Shown here piece by piece: positions 9,370 to 18,148 of a stretch of 38,309 nucleotides of DNA. Location: the NCBI GenBank assembly GCA_964658025.1, contig CAZZXB010000010.1, positions 1 through 38,309 on the forward strand. Direction: 5' to 3'. The stretch comes from an uncultured Janthinobacterium sp. (lineage in GTDB: Bacteria; Vulcanimicrobiota; Vulcanimicrobiia; Vulcanimicrobiales; Vulcanimicrobiaceae). The position numbers and the translations under genes were made by a program. Position 1 is the stretch's first letter, and each line of letters begins with the position of its first letter. The notes beneath the pieces were generated by a model. It was not told the DNA's origin. It saw only the letters and a program-made list of their open reading frames with translations, and ran no database searches.

Positions 9370-10122
9370 ATGATTGACGGTCGGATCCGTCGGGCGCGGA
9401 CGCGACTCGGCCGCGCGCTCGGAGCGGTCGCGATCGCTTGCGCGTGTCTCGGCTCGATGCCGGCTCGCGCCGACCAAGCGACGCTCGGCGCGACCGTCGA
9501 TCCGCTCTTCGGCGCGCACGAAGAAGGCGGCGGATCGACCGCGCTCGACGGCGTTCCGATCCTGACGTTCGAGGGTTCGTACCGTCACGACGCGCTCGAA
9601 CTCTACGCCGAGGGACTCCCGCCGATCGCCGCGATTCCCTCGGTGGGCACGCTCGGCAAGATCGACACGACGCTCGCGTTTCTCTTCGCGACGCTGCGCG
9701 TGTACGATCCCACGCACCGCGTCTCGCTCGGCGTCGGCGTGACGCGTTTCGAGAACGACTCCGACTACGTGACCGACGCCGAACGCGATCGGTCGCACCT
9801 GGCGGGGTTGCGCTACGAACTGCACGCGGAACTCCCGCTCCGGCGCGGGACGTTCGAAGCCTCGGCGATCGCGAGCCCGTACCTGCCGGGATCGATCGCG
9901 CGAACCTACGTGCTCGGCGGCCAAAGCTTCCACGACGGGACGTCCGAAACGGGCGGCGATCTCGAGGGGATCGCGCGCTACGCCTACCCCGCGGGTCCGG
10001 GCGACGTCCTCGCGGGCGTCCGCTACATCAACTTCGCGGCGCGCTTCCCCGACGGGTCGCAGGCCGATCGCAACCGCGGCGCGATCCTCGTCCTCGGCTA
10101 CCGGTTCCGCATCCCGCGCTGA
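9370..10122 (+). CDS. Exported hypothetical protein, probable outer-membrane beta-barrel
   Basis: Basic N-region, hydrophobic core and PARA cleavage-like site; alternating amphipathic strands; C-terminal ILVLGYRF resembles a beta-signal. Confidence 0.6.
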   Translation: MIDGRIRRARTRLGRALGAVAIACACLGSMPARADQATLGATVDPLFGAHEEGGGSTALDGVPILTFEGSYRHDALELYAEGLPPIAAIPSVGTLGKIDTTLAFLFATLRVYDPTHRVSLGVGVTRFENDSDYVTDAERDRSHLAGLRYELHAELPLRRGTFEASAIASPYLPGSIARTYVLGGQSFHDGTSETGGDLEGIARYAYPAGPGDVLAGVRYINFAARFPDGSQADRNRGAILVLGYRFRIPR

Positions 10123-10256
10123 ACGCGCCGAGGCGAACGCTCGGCGACGAACGACGCCGCTTCTCCGTGGCACGGGCACGACGGGCGGCGGCCACGCAAG
10201 CACTCTCCGGCCCGAAGCCGAAGCCATCCGCCCATGCCCCCAGCCGAGCGCCGCTA

Positions 10257-11153
10257 ATGCGGGCGACGATCCAACTCTGCACCTATAATCGCGCGCATCT
10301 GCTCGGGCGCGTGCTCGACGCATGCTTCGAGCAGACGGTCGACCCGGGCGCGTACGAGGTCGTGCTCGTCGACGACGGGTCGCGCGACGGCACGCGCGAG
10401 GTGATCGAGGCGGCGCGCGCGCGGGCGACGTGCGCGTTCACCGTCGTGAGCCAGGAGAATGCCGGACTCGCGCGCGCGCGCAACGCCGGGATCGCGCGCG
10501 CGCGCGGCGAGCGGATCATCTTCATCGACGACGACGTGTTGCCGATCCCGCGTTTCGTCGCGGAGCACCTGCGCGCGCACGCGCGGACGCCCGAGAACGT
10601 CGTGAGCGGCGCCGTCATCAACACGGAGAGCTTCGAGCGTCTCCCGACGCCGACGTGGACGCCCGCGAATTATTCGGGCAATTTTTTCTGGACGTCGAAC
10701 GTCTCGGTTCCGCTCGCGACGCTGCGCGCCGTCGGCGCGTTCGTCGAGTCGTTTCGCGAGTACGGCTGGGAAGACATCGAGCTCGGACTCCGCCTGCGCG
10801 CCGCGGGCGTGCGCGGCAGCTTCGCGCGGTACGCCGTCGCGTTCCATTACAAGCCGCGGCCGCGCGCGGAGAACGTGCCGGGGATGGTCCGTCAGGCGCG
10901 GGCGCAAGCGCGGACCGCCGTGCAGTTGCGCGAGCTCCACGATACGTGGCGCGTCGTGCTCGCGACGGGCGACGATCCCGTGCGCAAGGGCTTCCATCGC
11001 CTCGCGCGTCGAACGGGACGGATCGAACGTCTCGAACGCGCGATCGCCCGCCTCCCGGCCGATCGCGCGCTCTCGGGGCGCGAATCGCGGCGCGCGCGCG
11101 CGCTCGCGCGCGAGCGGTACTTCGAAGAGCTCGATCGCGCGGCGCGCGCGTGA
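10257..11153 (+). CDS. Glycosyltransferase family 2
   Basis: ATG at 10257: MRATIQLCTYNR, VLVDDGSRD, ARARNAGI, FIDDD, YGWEDIELGLRL. Confidence 0.93.
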   Translation: MRATIQLCTYNRAHLLGRVLDACFEQTVDPGAYEVVLVDDGSRDGTREVIEAARARATCAFTVVSQENAGLARARNAGIARARGERIIFIDDDVLPIPRFVAEHLRAHARTPENVVSGAVINTESFERLPTPTWTPANYSGNFFWTSNVSVPLATLRAVGAFVESFREYGWEDIELGLRLRAAGVRGSFARYAVAFHYKPRPRAENVPGMVRQARAQARTAVQLRELHDTWRVVLATGDDPVRKGFHRLARRTGRIERLERAIARLPADRALSGRESRRARALARERYFEELDRAARA

Positions 11154-12166
11154 GGATCGTCCTCTCGCGACTCGATCGCGTCGGCGATCTCATCCTCTCC
11201 ACGCCCGCGATCGCGTCGGTGCGCCGGTCGTGGCCCGACGCGCACGTCTCGCTCGTCTGCAGCCGTCACAACTACGTCGTCGTCGAACGCAACCCCGACG
11301 TCGACGAGATCCACGTGTTGCCCGCGGCGACGCCCCCCGCGACGTTCGGTCGGCGCTTTCGCGGCGCGTGCGACATCGCGATCGCGCTCGCGCCGTGCGC
11401 GCCCGATCTCGCGCTCGTCGGCGCGACGGGCGCGCGCGTCCGCGTCGGGTATACGTACGTGCGACGCTACGTCGCGCGCGCGACCGCGCGGATCTATCTC
11501 ACGCGACTCGCCATCTCGCAAGCCGATCCGGAACTGAGCGACCGCGATCCCGCGCGCCACGTCCGTCACGAGGTCGATCAGGTGAACGATCTCGTCTCGC
11601 TCGCCGGCGGAACGCGGCTGCGCGACGAGTTGATCGTACCGATCGACGAAGCCGATCGTACCGCGGTCGCGCGCGTCCCGGCGAACGCGATCGCGTTCCA
11701 CCTCGCGCCGCGCTGGTTCCGCGACGGCAGCACGTTCGAGAACGTGGTGGAACTCGTCCGTCGTCTCCGCGCGTTCGGACTCGCGATCGTCGTGACGCAC
11801 GGCAACGACGTGGCCGCGGAAGCGGAAGCGCTCCGCGCGACGGGCGTCGCCGACGCCGTGGTCGGCGGGCTCTCGTTCGCGCAATGGGCGGCCGTCTTCG
11901 AGAAGAGTCGGCTCGTCGTCACGGTCGATACGGGCGCGACGCACGTCGCGAGCGCGACGCGCAGGCCGACGGTCGTGCTCTTCGAACACCGCTATTTCAA
12001 TCTCAGCTCGCGGGAATGGTCGCCGTATCGCGTACCGTCCTCGTGCTTGCGCAAGGCGCCGTCGGAAGACGGGGCCGCGCTCGCCCGCTCGCGCGACGAG
12101 ATCGTCGCCGCCGCGCGTGCGTTACTCGACTCCCACGCGAAGGTTCTCGCGATCGACACCGTATGA
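11150..12166 (+). CDS. Glycosyltransferase family 9
   Basis: GTGA overlap; RLDRVGDLILSTPAIASVRRSWPDA, VTVDTGATHVASA, EWSP. Confidence 0.9.
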   Translation: MRIVLSRLDRVGDLILSTPAIASVRRSWPDAHVSLVCSRHNYVVVERNPDVDEIHVLPAATPPATFGRRFRGACDIAIALAPCAPDLALVGATGARVRVGYTYVRRYVARATARIYLTRLAISQADPELSDRDPARHVRHEVDQVNDLVSLAGGTRLRDELIVPIDEADRTAVARVPANAIAFHLAPRWFRDGSTFENVVELVRRLRAFGLAIVVTHGNDVAAEAEALRATGVADAVVGGLSFAQWAAVFEKSRLVVTVDTGATHVASATRRPTVVLFEHRYFNLSSREWSPYRVPSSCLRKAPSEDGAALARSRDEIVAAARALLDSHAKVLAIDTV

Positions 12167-13071
12167 ACGCCCCCGAACTCACCGTCGTCATCCCGACGTA
12201 CAATCGGCTCGAAACGCTGCGCGTCGTCGTCCCGGCCCTGCTCGCGCAGAGCGTCCGGCCCGATCGTTACGAGATCGTCGTCGCGGACTCGATGTCGGTC
12301 GACGGCACCGCGGAATTCCTCGCGGAGATCGCCGCGGATCATCCGAACGTGCGCCATCTTCCGGGGCCGTACGACGGACGCGCGATGGCGCGCAACGCGG
12401 GGATCGCGGCCGCGCGCGGCGCCGTCGTGCTGTTCACCGATTCCGACATCATCGCGTCGCCCGATCTCTTGGAACGGCATCTCGCGCATCACGCCGCCGC
12501 GACCGGCATTGCCGTCGTCGGCCAGGAGTTACAGGTCGACACGCTCGACGACTACGAGCGCTTGCGCGCCGATCCCGCGCAGCGCCGACCGCTCCACCCG
12601 CGCACGCGCAAGCGGCTGTCGTGGCTGTACTTCATGACCGGCAACGCGTCGGTGCGTAAGGCCGATCTCGATCGCGTCGGGCGCTTCGACGAGCGTTTTA
12701 CGGGTTACGGTCACGAGGATCTCGAGCTCGGTTATCGGCTCGAGCGCGCGGGCTTGCGGATCGTCTACGACACGGACGCGACGAACTACCACTGGCAATA
12801 CGTTCCGTACGACGAGCAGAAACGGAAGATGGAACTCGCCGGACGTTCGACCGTGCGCTTCGCGCGCAAGCATCCGTCGTTCGTCGTGCGGTTGCGGCTC
12901 GGGATGACGCCCGTCTCGCGCGCGATCTACGCGGCGCTCGCGCGCGTTCCGAAACTCGTCGCGGCGCTCGATCGGCGCGGCGCGCGCGGGCCCGGCTTCG
13001 CGCGCGAACTCGTCTATCAGTTTCACTACGTGAGCGGCATCGAGACCGCGTTGGAGCAAGAACGTGCCTAG
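12163..13071 (+). CDS. Glycosyltransferase family 2
   Basis: ATGA overlap; TVVIPTYNR, ARNAGI, LFTDSD, GRFDERFTGYGHEDLELGYRL. Confidence 0.93.
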   Translation: MNAPELTVVIPTYNRLETLRVVVPALLAQSVRPDRYEIVVADSMSVDGTAEFLAEIAADHPNVRHLPGPYDGRAMARNAGIAAARGAVVLFTDSDIIASPDLLERHLAHHAAATGIAVVGQELQVDTLDDYERLRADPAQRRPLHPRTRKRLSWLYFMTGNASVRKADLDRVGRFDERFTGYGHEDLELGYRLERAGLRIVYDTDATNYHWQYVPYDEQKRKMELAGRSTVRFARKHPSFVVRLRLGMTPVSRAIYAALARVPKLVAALDRRGARGPGFARELVYQFHYVSGIETALEQERA

Positions 13072-14860
13072 CGAATCGAAGCGCTCGTGCGGCGCCATCC
13101 GACCGAGCGACGTCGGCGAGAGCGTGCTCGTGCGGGGCTGGGTGAACCGGCGTCGGGATCACGGCGGGCTCGTCTTCATCGATCTGCGCGATCGCGACGG
13201 CATCACGCAAACGGTCTTCGATCCCGTCGAAGCGGCGGCGTTCGAGCGCGGTCAGACGCTCCGTAACGAGGACGTCGTGGCGATCCGCGGGACGGTCCGC
13301 GTGCGGCCCGGCGGAACCGAGAACGCCAAGCTCGCCACGGGCGCCGTCGAGGTCGCCGTGGCGTCGGTCGACGTCCTCGCGCGTTCGCAGACGCCGCCCT
13401 TTCCGATCAACGTCGATGCCGACGTCGACGAATCGTTACGCCTGAAGTATCGCTACCTCGATCTGCGTCGCCCGCGGCTGCAACACAATCTCGCCGTCCG
13501 ACATCGGATCGTAAAAGCGATGCGCGACTTCTTCGACGCGCGCGATTTTCTCGAGATCGAGACGCCGTGTCTCATCAAGTCGACGCCCGAAGGCGCGCGC
13601 GATTTTCTCGTTCCGAGCCGGCTCGCGGGCGGTTCGTTCTACGCGCTCCCGCAATCGCCGCAGTTGTTGAAGCAGATCCTCATGATCGGCGGTCTCGGAC
13701 GCTACATGCAGATCGCGCGTTGTTTTCGCGACGAGGACTCGCGCGCGGATCGGCAACCGGAGTTCACGCAACTCGACGTCGAGATGTCGTTCGTGGAACA
13801 AGAAGACGTCGTCGCGATCATGGAAGACTGCATCGCCTACGTGTGGGAAAAGGCGCTCGGACACGCGATCCCGCGGCCGATCCCGCGCCTCACGTTCGCC
13901 GACGCGATGCGCCGGTTCGGAAGCGACAAGCCCGATCTGCGTTTCGAACTCGAACTCGCCGACGTCGCGGACGCGTTCGCGGGGACGTCGATCAAGTTTC
14001 TCGCCGAGCACGTCGGCACGGACGCGAGCCGCATCGTCGCGGTGCGATATCCCGGCGGCGCGTCGCTCTCGCGGCGCGATTTCGACGCGCTCACCGAAGC
14101 CGCGAAGGGTTTCGGCGCGGGCGGCTTGATCTGGATCTCCTATCCGGCGGACGGCTGGAAATCGTCGATCGCGAAACTGCTCGACGACGCGACGGTCGAG
14201 AACGTCCGCGAACGCGCGGGCGCCGAGCCGGGCGACGCGCTGCTCCTGGTCGCGGGGTCGACCGCGCTCGCGACCGACGTCGCGGGGCGGCTCCGACTCC
14301 ACGTCGCCGAGGCCCTCGGCCTGCGCGATCGCGCGGCGTTCGCGTTTTGTTGGGTGATGGATTTTCCGCTCTTCGAACGGGATGCGGAGACGGGGGCGAT
14401 CGTGCCGACGCACCATCCGTTCACGCGGCCGCTTCCGGGTCAGGAAGCGCTGCTCGCGAGCGATCCGACGGCGATCCGCGCGCAACATTACGATCTCGTG
14501 CTCAACGGTTTCGAACTCGGCAGCGGCTCGATCCGCATCAACGATCCGGAATTTCAGTACCGTATCTTTCACGACGTCTTCGGGATGTCGGACGAGACGA
14601 TCGAGGACCGTTTCGGCTTCTTCATGGAGGCGCTCCGGTACGGCGCGCCGCCGCACGGCGGGATGGCGTGGGGCGTCGACCGTCTCGCGATGCTCGCGTG
14701 CGGCGAAACGTCGATCCGCGACGTCATCGCGTTTCCGAAGAACCAGATGGCCCGCGATCTCATGATGGACGCCCCCTCGGGCGTCCCCGACGCCTCGCTA
14801 CGCGATCTCGGTCTCCAGCTTCGCGTGAAGAACGGCGCCGCGGCCCGTGCGCCTTCGTAG
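13064..14860 (+). CDS. aspS: Aspartate--tRNA ligase, probably non-discriminating (Asp/Asn)
   Basis: GWVNRRRDHGGLVFIDLRD, RYRYLDLRR, STPEGARDFLVPSR, ALPQSPQL, DRQPEFTQLD, HHPFT, YGAPPHGG, IRDVIAFPK. Confidence 0.98.
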   Translation: MPSESKRSCGAIRPSDVGESVLVRGWVNRRRDHGGLVFIDLRDRDGITQTVFDPVEAAAFERGQTLRNEDVVAIRGTVRVRPGGTENAKLATGAVEVAVASVDVLARSQTPPFPINVDADVDESLRLKYRYLDLRRPRLQHNLAVRHRIVKAMRDFFDARDFLEIETPCLIKSTPEGARDFLVPSRLAGGSFYALPQSPQLLKQILMIGGLGRYMQIARCFRDEDSRADRQPEFTQLDVEMSFVEQEDVVAIMEDCIAYVWEKALGHAIPRPIPRLTFADAMRRFGSDKPDLRFELELADVADAFAGTSIKFLAEHVGTDASRIVAVRYPGGASLSRRDFDALTEAAKGFGAGGLIWISYPADGWKSSIAKLLDDATVENVRERAGAEPGDALLLVAGSTALATDVAGRLRLHVAEALGLRDRAAFAFCWVMDFPLFERDAETGAIVPTHHPFTRPLPGQEALLASDPTAIRAQHYDLVLNGFELGSGSIRINDPEFQYRIFHDVFGMSDETIEDRFGFFMEALRYGAPPHGGMAWGVDRLAMLACGETSIRDVIAFPKNQMARDLMMDAPSGVPDASLRDLGLQLRVKNGAAARAPS

Positions 14861-14903
14861 CGTTCGCGCTTCGTCGCGCGCGAACGCGGGAAGGATCGAT
14901 CCG

Positions 14904-15347
14904 ATGCAGAGATTGGGAAACCTCGCGATCGGCGCGCTCCTGGCCGCGTCCCTCGCCGCGTGCGCGCACGCCGAACACGACGTCCAGACCGCGAAGCGCG
15001 CGACGTCGCCGCTCGTCGGTTCGTGGGAGATCAACGCCGATACCGCGGGAAAGAATCCGAAACCGGGCTATCCGCAGTTCACGGCGCTCCGCTTCGAATC
15101 GGGCGGCACGTTGCTCGCGGCCTACGCGGCGAATGCGGGGATCTCCGCCGTCACGGGCGGCAGCAGCACGACCAAAAACGAGACCGATACGTGGTCCGTT
15201 TCGGGCAAGACGCTTCGCGTGATCGAAGGTTCGCGCCAACTGGCCTACGGTTTCGAGGTTCGCGACGAGCAACTGCTGCTCACGCCGACGGGAACGTCGA
15301 CGGCCGTGGTCTACGCGAAAAAATCCGAATCGACGACGGCTCCGTAA
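14904..15347 (+). CDS. Hypothetical lipoprotein, lipocalin-like beta domain
   Basis: MQRLGNLAIGALLAASLAAC lipobox; LVGSW motif then beta-strand pattern. Confidence 0.7.
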   Translation: MQRLGNLAIGALLAASLAACAHAEHDVQTAKRATSPLVGSWEINADTAGKNPKPGYPQFTALRFESGGTLLAAYAANAGISAVTGGSSTTKNETDTWSVSGKTLRVIEGSRQLAYGFEVRDEQLLLTPTGTSTAVVYAKKSESTTAP

Positions 15348-15378
15348 GGGCGATTCGGATCGGTCGTGCGGGCGATCC

Positions 15379-15975
15379 CTAGGCGTCGAGGGATAGTGCG
15401 GCGTCGATCTTTCGAACCGTATTCCAATTTCGCGCGGTTCCGCGGGTTTCGAGATAGCGTTCGATCGCGCGCGTCGTGAGCTTCGATTCGCCGATGCCGT
15501 CCGGATAGACGACGTAGAGCACGCGATCGACGAGCGCGATGCGTTCGGGGCCGACGATCGCTTGGCTCAGCGCGGCGACGGCGTCGTCGCCCGGGCGCTC
15601 GCGGAGCGGCATCGCGAGCGTATGAGACGGGATCGAGCGCGCGTCGTCGACGAACGGATTCGCGCGAATCAGGTCTCGCCAGGCACCGGCGTCGCGCACG
15701 AGGATCGTCGTCGCGAGTCCGAGTCGTCGCTCGAGCTCGCGTCCCAGGATCGTTTCGATCGTCGGAAGGGCGCGGTCGACCGTAAAGATCGCGTTGCCGC
15801 TCTGCGAGATCGTGCGGACGTCGCGCAGTCCGAGGGCCTCGAACGTTTCTCGAAGCGTCGCCATCGTCACGAGACCCGTTCCGGAGACGTTGACGGCGCG
15901 GAGCAGTGCGACGTGCCGTTCGCTCGAGGCACCCCGCTCGGCCGCGTGCGGCGCTCGCGAACGCTTCGGCGTCAC
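15379..15975 (-). CDS. DUF1697 family protein
   Basis: GTGA overlap with UDG stop; HVALLRAVNVSG, FEALGLRDVRTISQSGNAIF, ANPF, GTARNWNTVRKI. Confidence 0.88.
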   Translation of the reverse strand: MTPKRSRAPHAAERGASSERHVALLRAVNVSGTGLVTMATLRETFEALGLRDVRTISQSGNAIFTVDRALPTIETILGRELERRLGLATTILVRDAGAWRDLIRANPFVDDARSIPSHTLAMPLRERPGDDAVAALSQAIVGPERIALVDRVLYVVYPDGIGESKLTTRAIERYLETRGTARNWNTVRKIDAALSLDA

Positions 15976-16748
15976 GCCCCGCAGGCCGCGCCACGGCGCT
16001 TCACGCTCGGCGCGCGGGCGAACTCGTTCGAGTCGCACGCGCTCGCGAGCGACGCCGCGCGCGCGAAGATCGCGTCGAGCATCGGCTCCGTGAGCACGCC
16101 CGTGTTCGTGTTCTGGCGGCTCGGATGGTACGACGCGATCAGCGTCACGCGCGCGTCCCCGCGGAGCGCGTCCGCTTCCGCGCCGTGTCCGAACGCGAGC
16201 CGGGATGCGAACGCGTAGCCGTTCGCGTGCAGCGCTTCGATCGCCGCCCGGGTGCCGATCGCGCCGAGTCCGACGACGACGCGCAAACGCGAGAGCGCGC
16301 CGAGTTCTTCCACGAGATACGGGAAGCAACGCGCGCGCTCTTCGGGCGTCGGCTTGTTCTTCGGCGGCGCGCAGCGCACGGCGGCCGTGATGAGCGCGTC
16401 GCGTAACGCCATACCGTCGGCGCGATCGCGCTGCGTCGGTTGGTTCGCGAAACCGGCGCGATAGAGCGCGCGGTAGAGCCACTCGCCCGAACCGTCGCCC
16501 GTGAACATCCGGCCCGTTCGATTCGACCCGTGCGCGCCCGGCGCCAGGCCGACGAGCACGACCGACGCGTTCGGATCGCCGAACGCCGGAACCGGCCGTC
16601 CCCAATACGTCTGCGCGAGATACGCGCGTTTTTTCACGCGCGCGATTTCGGCGCAGTACGCCCGCAATTCGGGACATCGCTCGCACGCGATCACGCGCGC
16701 CTCGATCGCGGCCATCGCGCCCGTCGCGTCCCGCGCCGCGGCGCTCAT
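15972..16748 (-). CDS. udgB: Uracil-DNA glycosylase family 5 (Fe-S, UdgB-like)
   Basis: ATGA overlap with trmL; CERCPEL, VGLAPGAHGSNRTGRMFTGDGSG, VRCAPPKNKP, YHPSRQNTNTG. Confidence 0.92.
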   Translation of the reverse strand: MSAAARDATGAMAAIEARVIACERCPELRAYCAEIARVKKRAYLAQTYWGRPVPAFGDPNASVVLVGLAPGAHGSNRTGRMFTGDGSGEWLYRALYRAGFANQPTQRDRADGMALRDALITAAVRCAPPKNKPTPEERARCFPYLVEELGALSRLRVVVGLGAIGTRAAIEALHANGYAFASRLAFGHGAEADALRGDARVTLIASYHPSRQNTNTGVLTEPMLDAIFARAASLASACDSNEFARAPSVKRRGAACGA

Positions 16749-17272
16749 CGCATCTCCGGAAAGCCGACGCGCGCGAGCGCCGCGTACGCCACGACGCCGA
16801 CGGCGGTCGAGAGATTGAGGCTCCGCACGGCGTCGCCGCGCATCGGAATCCGGAGCGCTCGATCCGCATGCGCGTCGAGGAGCGCTTGGGGCAAACCCGC
16901 GGTCTCCTTGCCGAACACGATCGCGTCGCCGCGTGCGAACGCCGCTTCCGTATACGCGCGCGACGCGCGCGTCGAGAGCAACCACATCCCGCCGCGCCAT
17001 CCGGCGACGAACGCGTCGAGCGAGGCGTGGACCGTCACGTCGAGCGCGTGCCAATAATCGAGCCCCGCGCGTTTGAGTTCGCGATCGTCGATCGAGAAGC
17101 CGAGCGGCTCCACGAGATGGAGCGCGCAGCCGGTCGCGGCGCAGAGACGCGCGACGTTGCCGGTATTCGGCGGGATCTGCGGTTCGACGAGCACGAGATG
17201 GAACGGCGCCGTGCGCGCGCTCCGCGCGCCGACGCGATCGGCGGGTTGCGCGACGGCCGCGCGCTCGCTCAT
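16745..17272 (-). CDS. trmL: tRNA (cytidine/uridine(34)-2'-O)-methyltransferase
   Basis: VLVEPQIPPNTGNVARLC, LVEPLGF, KRAGLDYW, FGKETAGLP, RIPM...RSLNLS SPOUT motifs. Confidence 0.96.
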   Translation of the reverse strand: MSERAAVAQPADRVGARSARTAPFHLVLVEPQIPPNTGNVARLCAATGCALHLVEPLGFSIDDRELKRAGLDYWHALDVTVHASLDAFVAGWRGGMWLLSTRASRAYTEAAFARGDAIVFGKETAGLPQALLDAHADRALRIPMRGDAVRSLNLSTAVGVVAYAALARVGFPEMR

Positions 17273-18147
17273 CCGTTCGCGAGGTTCAGGAGCGTCGTGA
17301 CGAGCGGTGCGGGGACGACGGCGAGCGCGACGCCGCCGTGTCCGAGCCACGCGCGTTCGAACGCCTCGCGCGGATAGACGCACGCGACGTCCGGTCGAGC
17401 CGGATCGTTCACGAGCGCGTCGCCGCTGGGATCGATCCCGCGCAACACGACGAGGTGTCCCGCGGATTCGGGGATCGGCGCTCCCGGAAGTTCGTTCGCG
17501 CGCCACGCGATCGAGAGCGCGAGCGGCACGTCGTCGGCGAGAAACGCGTGGGCGTGGGCGAGGTCGCGCAGGTGGACCGCGGCCGCGCGAAAGCCGAGCG
17601 TCCCCGCGAACGCCGTGTTGAACGTCCAATTTCCCGTGCCGCCGTAGTGCGCGTCGTAGACCTCGCGCGCGACGATCGCCACGTCGACGGGATACGCGCG
17701 ATACGCGAGCAGCATCGCGAGCGACGCGGGCGCGCACCACCCGCGCTCGCGCGGATGCGCCGCGACGTACTGCGAGAGCGGCGGGACGGCGAGTTCGAGC
17801 GCGGGCATCGCCACGATCCCCGACGGCGCGCCGTAGTCGGGCGTGCTCACGAACGCGGCGTCGAGCGGACCTTCGGAACGGATGCCGATCGTGACGAGAT
17901 CGACGTCGGCGCGTACGACGTCCGTCGCGATCCGCACGAACGTCTCGCGACCGTCGAGCGAGCGCCGCTCGTCGCTCGCGAAACGAACGTACGGCAACCA
18001 CGCGGACGTCCGTCCGTCGCGGGCGTTCGCGCGCAGATCGATCCGTCCGTCGAGCGCGAGCGTGTTCCAGGAAACGATCGCCTCGCGCACCGGACCCGTC
18101 GCGACGAGCATCTCCTCGCCCGCCACGGGATGCGCGATCCTCAACAT
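17269..18147 (-). CDS. Peptidase C39-like family cysteine protease
   Basis: VPPLSQ (Gln), WCAPASLAMLL (Cys), GNWTFNTAFAG, GHLVVLRG (His), VNDPA (Asp); no obvious signal peptide. Confidence 0.85.
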   Translation of the reverse strand: MLRIAHPVAGEEMLVATGPVREAIVSWNTLALDGRIDLRANARDGRTSAWLPYVRFASDERRSLDGRETFVRIATDVVRADVDLVTIGIRSEGPLDAAFVSTPDYGAPSGIVAMPALELAVPPLSQYVAAHPRERGWCAPASLAMLLAYRAYPVDVAIVAREVYDAHYGGTGNWTFNTAFAGTLGFRAAAVHLRDLAHAHAFLADDVPLALSIAWRANELPGAPIPESAGHLVVLRGIDPSGDALVNDPARPDVACVYPREAFERAWLGHGGVALAVVPAPLVTTLLNLANG

Positions 18148-18148
18148 C

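Noticed and set aside
17269..18147. Bacteriocin/RiPP cluster suggested by the C39-like peptidase
   Set aside because: No ABC exporter fusion, double-glycine precursor or modification enzymes nearby.
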